Source: Pelomyxa schiedti
Lineage: Eukaryota > Protista > Evosea
Direction of reading: 5' to 3'
DNA length: 64,000 bases
Assembly: GCA_020536535.1 (NCBI GenBank)
Contig: JAHLWZ010000725.1
Location: 1-64,000 of the forward strand
The translations under genes and the position numbers were made by a program. The notes under the pieces were generated by a model. The model did no database searches and was not told where the DNA came from. It saw nothing but the letters and a program-made list of their open reading frames with translations. Shown here piece by piece: positions 53,274 to 64,000 of the stretch; the first letter of the stretch is position 1, and every line of letters begins with the position of its first letter.

Positions 53274-56200
53274 ATGGACGCAAAGCAAACGGCACTTTTT
53301 GAGCTTTTGTGCCGCGACCAAGACCAACCGCCTCCAGCTTGGGATGTTGCCGGTACCATAATTTGTTTGCGGGGGATTTAAAACACACAATAACATAAAA
53401 CGCTACCCTCGCGGAGGTGTTTCTCGATTTCTCGAAAATAAATGCATAGACTCTAAACATACCTTTAAAAAACAAAAAAAAAAAAAAAAGATTGTTCACT
53501 TGGGTCTGAGGGAGCAGCTTTTGTGGCTGCTGTTATGACTACTCACAGAAGCATTCACACACTAAAAATAAGCAGTACCTGTATACTATAAATGTTGTCC
53601 TATTGACACCTATACAAGAAAATTCCATTGGCAGTGTTGGGGTGAAGTGTATTTGTGACGCTCTCAAGTCATACCAAAACTTGAGCTGGCTCGACCTTTC
53701 ATGTTTGGTCCTATTTATTTGTCCCCCTCTTATACCATTGAATCAGGCAACTCTCTTGGTTCCGAGGGAGCAGACCTTGTGCAGTCAGCGTTGACCCATA
53801 ACTGCACAGTAACATTTTTAGATGTTCATGGTAGAATTTGAAATGATTCATTTGGGTAACTAATTGATATTCTCTAGCCAACTCCTTTGGGGATGTTGGA
53901 GCGAATTCCATCGCTACTCTTTTGCGGTCGAATAACACACTCACATCCTTGGATGTGTCAGGTACAAGCTTTTTGCATTTATCCACGGCATTAACTCTCT
54001 TAGACAACAATTTTGCGTCCTCTGGACTTTCTGCTATTGCAGAGGCTGTACCAGACAACAAGACTCTCTTGTCAATAACACTTGATCAAGCCACATCGAG
54101 CACAAAACGGGCTTTCTTTTCTCGGAGAGAGAATTTCTATACGTGCACCAACCTATGTGAGTCTTATTTTGTTTACTTTCCCTCCAAAGAAAAATTTTAA
54201 TAATAAAAAGCAAGGTTACAGGCAGAGGAATTGCAGGCTTACATGGAAGCTCTACAGTGTGGTAATATCTTCTCTCCATTAGCCTGAAATTTCTCATAAA
54301 TCCAGATAACCCACTCAAGAAAATAAGAAAAAAAATCAAGGGTTTGGTAGAAAATAATCGACGCTCAGTCTGTGATATTTTGCAACACTATGGAATACCT
54401 GAAACTTGCTCCTCCAGTTGCAAAGACAAATTTATAGTTGCTATGCAGGATTGCATTTCACGTGACGCACCTCATCAACTCTCTGTCATACTAAACGCAC
54501 GATATATGCACTACAACCACTGGAGTACACAAACTCCTCTATCTGCTTCAGCACAAATTCAACCGTGTCCATCAACACCAGCAACAACTTTTGTACAAAC
54601 TCAGAACTATGTCTCACTCTTCTCAGACCAAGAGTCAATACAGACTCTGCTCAATTCATCTTATCGAATGTGTGTACTTCTTCTACAAAATTTTGTGTGT
54701 GAATTCCGGTATATGCCATCATGGCAAGCCTCGCAACTTGTAAAAGTTGTCATGCAGAAAAAAGGAGTCACAAAGGATGAATTGTATGAAGTGATATGGA
54801 TGTTGGCACGTGAATGGGCAAGGGCAGCCAATTGGCAAGCATTCAAGACTGTACTGGGGATGATGCAACATGCCGATCTGTCTTATCTTAACCTCTCAAA
54901 TATACCTTCTGACATATGCATAATGTTAGTGAATACTGGGTGCTCACATCTTGACCTGACAGGGAATCATATTGACTCGCTTCCATCAATACTTCATGCT
55001 ATCCGCTCTGTTACATTGTCTGGAAATCCCCTCAAGAACCTCCCTCCATCCTTTAGATCCGCACCTTGGCCCAAGGTCCAGCAGTTTCTTATGTGTAACG
55101 AGTCTCCGTGCAAGTGGAACAGAAGAAAGTTAGTGCTACTTGGTGATGAAGATGCAGGGAAAACATCTCTTCTGCAATGTCTTAAGAAGGGGGGACAAGT
55201 TACTGTGAAAAGTGATTCAACAAATGGCATTTCCATCTCAAAGGCTTTCAGAGTGCGCAAAAACAGCAAAATAAAGTGGACTGCATGGGATCTGGGTATG
55301 CTTTGAAGCAACTTTCCATTGAACTTACTGGGTAATTAGAAGGACGAGACAGTCATGCACAGTCAAATCAGTTCTTTCTAGTTTCCAAGTCAGTATTTTT
55401 CCTTGTGTTCAACATCTATACACTATCGCAACAACTGCTGGAATTCTCTAAAAACAAGGTGGAAATAGAGACGCCCTCGATCAAGCAATTGCTTTGGTGG
55501 GCGAAGCAGATCAGAGTATCACAAAACACCAGCATGGCCAACAATGTAAAGCTGTCAATCTTCTTGGTCGGTACACAGTTAGATAAAATTACGGACACAC
55601 AACAAGCAGCAGAAGCGTTAGTCACAGCAGTACAAAAAGTTTTGCCACATTTCAAACCAGTTCTTCACTGCTCTGCCTTTGCCTTAAGTTGCTTTACTGG
55701 GAATACTTTATATATTGAAGATGTAAACAAGCTGGACATAGTTCAGGATATTGGGAATGGTTTTCCACAATTGATTGAAAGTTTGGAAGCCTGCACTACC
55801 ACAGAGGAATATGTCTCTGTTAAATGGGTAGCACTTCAAAAACACATTACGAAGGGGCCATTCAAGGATACCCCTACAATTACATGGAATATTTTTTTGG
55901 AAACTGCTAAAGAACTGGGAATTGGAATATCACATGCATCTCACTGCAGCAGTTCACAAGATTTACCATCATTTGCCTCACAGTACGCATGTGCTGCTGC
56001 ACTATCCACTGTAACTAGATTCGCTTCTTTGTGTTTTGGGGGGGAATGGAACGTATCTCCGATTGCAGAAAGCACCCAAGAAAGGGAAATTTTGGAGTGT
56101 GCAAATTTCCTTGCTGATGCAGGTTCTATAATACACTTCAGGCCAAGAAATGGAATCAACACCAAACGGGCTCATCAGTCTGATATCCTTCAAGATATGG

Positions 56201-59200
56201 TTGTACTCAAGCCTGAGTGGCTAACTAGTGTTATGAATGTTGTTGGGAGGTCAGGCAAGTGGATTGTAAATGGCATTATGAAACATCAACATGTACACAA
56301 AGTATTCAAACAGTTTCCTGTAGGCACACACAAACCAATCCTAGAACTTCTGCAGCAATTTGAGATTGCATATGCCGTTCAGGATGGGTTCCTCCTGCCC
56401 TGTAGTCTTCCCACAACTTGTGGCGTTGTATCTCTTGATGCTAACTCCCTTCTCCCTGATTGGTGCCCTTTTAAGCTGGGAATCACTGCTACCATTCCAC
56501 ATATCCCCAATACTGGGGCTGTGAACACTGATGTGGGAAAGAGAAATAGGGGGATGTTATGTGACTATGCGTTGTGTGGCCGGGTGTTTAAGCTTCAATT
56601 TATTCCCATTGGAATGTTTTCCAGACTGATGATTCGTATACTTGGGATACCTGGTGTATCGTTGGGAGGCATATGGAGAAATGGGATGTTTATTCACACG
56701 AAATCTTCTTCAGGCAAAATCAACTGCTGTGCTCTCATCACTTTTTATGAAGAAATGCGTTCGATTTCCCTCCAAATTTGTACTCCAGCAATTGCGCCCT
56801 CTTCACGACTGAAACCAACAATTTCTTGTGCCAAGCTTACTATCACAAGAAGGGCTTCAACTTATGTCTGTGGCGGTAGAGAGACGAATGAAAAAATGGG
56901 CAGTCAACTGTTTTCTACTGTAATTGATGCTATTACCGCGTTTATCAGAGGATGCAACCTTTCTGATGATACAGAACAACTTATCCCATGTCCACATTGC
57001 ATGGCCTCGTCACATGCTCACCGTTGTGCCCTTTGCAGGCAGAATTATTGTATGCTCAGTGAAACAAATTCCACCAACTCCGAACCTCCTCCGATACCTA
57101 GCACAGTCCCACGAGAAGACTGCCTCTTTTGGTTTTCCTTCCGCGAATGTGTAGATGCTGTCAAGAGTGGCAGTGGAACACTGCAGTGCAAAGCACGTCT
57201 TACGCTTTCCAAATCATTTCTTTCGAGTAGCAGTGATGAGTCTACACATCAGATTTCCATCTCCATTGTTGCCCCGGATATTGCACTAGCACATTTGCCT
57301 CTAATTTCACCAGAATCTTTAATATGTGGCCCTGTGTTTGCCTCTGGAGGCTTTGGGAAAGTCTTAAAAGCTGAATGGAAGGGTAGAAAAGTTGCAGTAA
57401 AACGACCTCATGTTGAAGAAGCGCGTGCTTTATCCGAGTTTGCATATGAAGCTGGAATTATGAGTTCTCTCCCTCCACACCAAAATCTTGTTCAATTTTT
57501 CGGCGTTTGTGCGCGGCCGCAGTTCATGCTAGTTATGGAACTTATACAACCAGTTTCTGCACCTTCCAGTTTAATTCCAAGTTCCTCTATACAACCTTGG
57601 CATCAGTTTTTTTTGAAATTTGGTGCTCCTAAGAAACCAGACCTCGGTTCTCTCGTGCTCTACATCCTGGAAGGGACCAGTGCTCTCATACAACAATGCA
57701 GAGAAGGTGAATCTCCACTTTCTTCGTTTGCCACTCTTTTTGGCAAACTGGGAGAGAACGAAATTTCTTCTGTGGAAGAAAAACGTATCAAACGGGAGGT
57801 TTTTGATTTGATTATGCCTCTCAAGCTTCGAGAACGAATATTGCACGACATTGCCTGTGGCCTCAATCACTTACACAGTCAGTTTCCGCCTCTTATACAC
57901 AGTGACTTGCATTCTGGTATGCCTCCCGGAACAAACTACCAACACTCATCAAAAAAGGCAATGTTTTCATTTGCAGCCTTGATAGTAATCAGGGGCCGTG
58001 GGCAAAGGCATGACACTTGTTGTTTTGTTTTGACCTCATAAAAGATTTCCGATTTTGGTCTCTCTGAAGTGCTGTATGCTGGGAAAGCTTTGGGAAGCAG
58101 GAATGATTTCCAATGGTTTGCACCAGAAGTTTTGAATGGTGATAAGTACGACTCGAAAGCTGATATGTGGAGTTATGGTAACTTTTTTCTTCGTTGTCAC
58201 AACTTATTGAAATAGAATTAAGGGATGATTGCTCAGATGTTAGTTGATCCCCTTCTATCACCTTGGTGGAAATTAATGGGTGACCAATTGTATTCGTCAC
58301 TTGTGATGGTAAGGGGTGAACCACATCTAGAACTGGACTCTTTGAAGGTTACTGAAGCCCTTGTGAACGGAAAAGTTTTACCTTCCCCGCCTCCAATTCA
58401 GCCATCCGAAGAAAGTCCTTCTGGTACCCCAGTGTTTGTTGTCTAATCCTTTGTCAATAACGAGTAATAGGGTGTCCAAAATGGGCTAATGATTTGATGA
58501 CATGGTGTTGGAGACCTCCGTATCTCCGTCCTACTGCTTTTCAAATTACAAAATGGCTTGAAGGGTAAACTCTATCTTCACAATATTTATCACTCAGTGT
58601 TCCAGAGGGTGCACTCTATCCCCGTTAATCGTAGATATGGATACCCCCTGTAGTGAATGTTCACCTTATCCTTCACCAATTTCAAAGCTCCTATGGGTTG
58701 GAACGAACTTGTGGTGTGGACATACAAATGGAGTAGTATCTATGGTGCACCACATAAGCCGGCATTTCAGTTTACACGAGAGTAAAGTGGTGAAAATATG
58801 GCAAGCTCATGGAGGATCAAGATCGAATATTACTTCCTTGCTTTGGGTGCGGAATGTCGTACAATGCGGTATTGTACTTAGTGCCACAGCTGCTGGGGAG
58901 ATTAAAGTCTGGGAAGAACAGGGACCAGCAATTTTGGAGAATCCAACAAAAGCAAATCTACCGGAAAATCCACGCCCTGCACCACCTGAGCCCAAGCCAT
59001 TGGCAACACAGCTAAACACTGATACTACAAGCGAACATGCACGAGGAATTTCATGTTTGGTCAGTGTCTGCAATGGAAAAAAGCTGTGGTGTGGAGATGT
59101 GTCTGGAGGAATTACCGTATGGCACATTCAGACCATGAACTCAATCACACGCGAATCTCAGTTTGCAGCATCCGACCTTGCCTACTCCCTGCGGGGGCCC

Positions 59201-60160
59201 GTCGGGGTCCCGCAACCAAACGGGATGGTGATAGCCATGGCGACACTATACCCGCCGCAGCCCTCACGGACACACGCCGAATGCGTGCTAGTGAGCTTCT
59301 CCCGCGGCCCCCTGGTGCTGTTCTCCGTGAGGTCGTGCCTGCCTGTCCGCCTCATCCAGCACCCAGGGATAGACAGCCACATGCAGGCCGCGTGCAGCGT
59401 CGCGGTCGCGAACATATGCGGCCACGCGCAGCCCGAGGCGAGCAAGGAGCCCTCGCTGCTCTCCCCGCTCCCGTCGCCGCTGCCCGGGGCCTCCCCGCTG
59501 CTCCTGCACCGCGAGAGCCTGCTGTCCTCCCTGCTGTCCTCCAAGGGAGGCCTCTCGACGTCCTCGGTGCACCCCGCGCCGCTCCGCGGGCCGACCGCCG
59601 CCCCCGTCACGCGAAAGTACCCCGACGGGTCGCTCACCGCGGCGTCGCAGCAGTTCTCGGCCATCCTGCCGTCGCCCAACTCCACCATCTGGCTCGGCAC
59701 CACCGGCGGCGTCGTGGCCTGCTGGGACGTCCTCTTCAACAGCACGGACAAGTACCCGCTCATACTGCCCCACAGCAGCTTCACGGTCCACAGCGGCTTC
59801 GTCAACTGCCTCACGACCTGCTGCACCTCGCCCGAGACCGCGACGGGCTCCTTGCTGCTGCCGCAGGGCGCCGCCGTCGTGGGCACGCCGTCGGCCTCGG
59901 CCTGCGGGACTAAGAGGCCGGACCACCACCACCTGGTGTTCTCGTCGTCGCAGGACGGGACGGTGGCCGTGTGGGACGCCGCGCAGCACACACAGCTGCA
60001 AGTTGTGGAAATAGACGCGGAGAACAGCGTAAGCTGCATCTGTGCGCACACTGGCACTGGATGCCAGTCGACAAGCACGGGTGTGAGATCTCCATCACAG
60101 TGCACGGTAGTAACATGCTCACCACACAAAGATGCACAACTCGAAGTGTGGTGCCTGTAA
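53274..60160 (+). CDS. Roco protein kinase 2 (RI-type LRR, LRR, ROC, COR, kinase, WD40-like)
   Basis: RI-LRRs (NSIGSVGVKCICDALK), KLVLLGDEDAGKTSLL, WDL|EGR, VGTQLD, VVLKPEWL, LLPCSLP, SGGFGKV, VAVK, HSDLHS|GN, AK|ISDFG, WFAPE, joined in frame to a WD40-like exon (SSSQDGTVAVWD). An in-frame upstream ATG at 53169 is an alternative start. Confidence 0.88.
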
Positions 60161-60445
60161 AATAACCAAAGAGTGAATTTAACACCTATGTCCGCTGCTA
60201 AGTTTCGGTAGTGCTACTTAATAGATTGGAATGGTGGCAAGGGAGCCACATGCACGGTAACTGTAGTCCCACAGAGTAGGATCTGTAAGCCTCTCGGGAA
60301 TCTCTGGGATACCGCCAGGTCCGAGGGATAACAAACCTACATGTTCTGGAACAGCAGCTTTACTTTATGGTAAGTACAACCAACCAACAAAGCACAAGAA
60401 AATAGGGTGTAAAAAACTAAATAAAAGAATCCCTAGAAAAAGTTA

Positions 60446-60517
60446 TGAGGACGAAGGGACTTGAACCCCCAACCGTCAGATCTGGAGTCTGACGCACTAC
60501 CATTATGCTACGTCCCC
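60446..60517 (-). tRNA. tRNA-Trp(CCA)
   Basis: GGGGACG acceptor, anticodon arm TCAGA-CTCCAGA-TCTGA, GTTCAAGTC T-loop; 72 nt, followed by a T-run. Confidence 0.95.
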
Positions 60518-60900
60518 TTTCTGTAGCAAGGCTTCTGTTGTTGTTCTGTGTTTCAGGCAGAACAAAAAACCCACATAAAATGAAACAAAGAAGTAGCGAA
60601 ACCCACCCAAAAGTGGCGAGCACAGCGAGCGACGACTGGGGCTACTGCTGCTCCCCAGTCAAGCAACCAGAGAGTGGTGCCAACAGAGCTGAATAACAAA
60701 CCCCATTGCCTCACTGTCAGAGTGTGGCTCTTCCATGAGGATTGTGAGGGGAGAAAGCTGTGACAAAGAAGCTTTAGCTTTTTAGGGGCTCTGCTCTCTG
60801 TCTGGGCTTAAAAAAAACAAAAAAAAAAATTTCTTTCCTTCATCAAAAGGAGGAGGCCAGCGTTATTTTCAGCTCATTTTAGTGTACCTTTTTTTCAGTA

Positions 60901-60972
60901 GGGCGTATAGCTCAGTGGTAGAGCATGAGACTGCAGATCTTGGGGTCGGCGGTTCAACTCCGCCTGCGCCCT
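60901..60972 (+). tRNA. tRNA-Cys(GCA)
   Basis: GGGCGTA/TGCGCCC acceptor, U73 discriminator, anticodon loop CT-GCA-GA, GTTCAACTC T-loop, downstream T-run terminator. Confidence 0.95.
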
Positions 60973-61201
60973 TCAATATTTTTTTTCTTTTTCTTCTTCT
61001 TCTTGTTTGTCATACAACTCACATTTTTTTTAACTACAGTACAACCAGTGTCAAAGCAGAACCCCATGTCAAGAAAGAAAGAAGCTGAGACAAAGGCAGG
61101 AGGAGGAGGACAGTGCGTACAACGAAAAACCTCCACCACTACACTATACTCCTAAAAAAAAAAAGAAAAATGGCCACGAGGCGAACAAAAAAAAAAGGAA
61201 T

Positions 61202-61273
61202 TGGTCCTGCCCAGTGTTGATCTGGGGACCCACACCACGTCAAGATGTTGTGATACCGTTACACCACAGGACC
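61202..61273 (-). tRNA. tRNA-Val(GAC) with atypical T-loop ATCAACA
   Basis: GGTCCTG/CAGGACC acceptor, A73, anticodon arm ACATC-TTGACGT-GGTGT, T-stem CCCAG/CTGGG, downstream long T-run terminator. Confidence 0.88.
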
Positions 61274-61387
61274 TCAGAAGTAATATTCTGGAACAGCAGC
61301 TTTACTTTATGGTAAGTACAACCAACCAACAAAGCACAAGAAAATAGGGTGTAAAAAACTAAATAAAAGAATCCCTAGAAAAAGTTA

Positions 61388-61530
61388 TGAGGACGAAGGG
61401 ACTTGANNNNNNNNNNNNNNNNNNNNNNNNNNNNNNNNNNNNNNNNNNNNNNNNNNNNNNNNNNNNNNNNNNNNNNNNNNNNNNNNNNNNNNNNNNNNNN
61501 NNNNNNGCACTACCATTATGCTACGTCCCC
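61388..61530 (-). tRNA. Second tRNA-Trp copy, middle hidden by the N gap
   Basis: Both ends are identical to the 60446-60517 gene. The anticodon falls within Ns (61407-61506), so identity is inferred. Confidence 0.65.
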
Positions 61531-61704
61531 TTTCTGTAGCAAGGCTTCTGTTGTTGTTCTGTGTTTCAGGCAGAACAAAAAACCCACATAAAATGAAACA
61601 AAGAAGTAGCGAAACCCACCCAAAAGTCGCTCGCTGTGCTCGCCACTTTTGGGTGGTTACCTCTTTTTTTACTTTTCTTTTCTTTTTAGGTGTTTTTTGT
61701 GTTT

Positions 61705-64000
<2,296 letters not shown>

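Larger units (their letters stand above)
60344..61627. repeat. ~271-bp direct duplication carrying tRNA-Trp (copy 1 60344-60614; copy 2 61286-61627 with internal N gap)
   Basis: 61286-61406 and 61507-61627 match the two ends of 60344-60614. Flanks outside the repeat differ. Confidence 0.85.

Noticed and set aside
59053-60129. Long overlapping ORFs in alternative frames and antisense (also at 6084-6714, 37244-37803, 40348-41005)
   Set aside because: Shadow ORFs caused by high GC or low-complexity codon repeats over real exons; no domain motifs.
60200-60340. 5S rRNA-like or structured RNA next to the tRNAs (AGTA/GAA loop-E-like motif, CGGTA/TACCG ends)
   Set aside because: The conserved 5' half of 5S (CCATAC, CGATC, AGTTAAGC) is absent. 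An Infernal/Rfam search would be needed.
60446-60517. tRNA-Trp as a UGA-reading 4-bp anticodon-stem variant
   Set aside because: The anticodon stem has a full 5 bp (TCAGA/TCTGA).

Overview
Gene-dense, intron-rich eukaryotic protist DNA. An amoebozoan/Archamoebae origin is inferred from two Roco kinases, a SYP7-type SNARE, tRNA-Val(GAC) and many 35-70 nt introns. Manual GT-AG splicing of the ORF fragments gives about 22 protein genes: FYVE-like zinc finger/alpha-beta hydrolase, myotubularin pseudophosphatase, Roco kinase 1, DUF4062-NACHT-TPR protein, long-chain acyl-CoA synthetase, Qc-SNARE, divergent Rab, Nup214/159-like, ARF1, divergent actin, METTL16, NLE1, YfaP/DUF2135-like surface protein, UTP25, REV7-like HORMA, atypical kinase, V-ATPase subunit d, GT32 glycosyltransferase, a possible OB-fold gene, CstF77, Roco kinase 2 (with WD40) and phosphoglucomutase (truncated by the window end). 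There is also a cluster of tRNA-Trp x2, Cys and Val, and two 100-N gaps. No CRISPR, rRNA or mobile element was seen. Best leads: (1) an NLR-like NACHT-TPR protein with a degenerate Walker A that ends in the Hsp70 tail SSGPKIEEVD; (2) an MTMR9-like myotubularin separated by a single in-frame TAA from a FYVE-hydrolase gene and fusible to it by one splice; (3) unusual splice-site grammar (degenerate donors, A-tract/AAG acceptors, one GC-AG intron); (4) tRNA-Val(GAC) with an initiator-type T-loop; (5) a bacterial-type YfaP-like domain on a probable GPI-anchored protein. Gene models are manual and lack transcript support, and no database searches were run.
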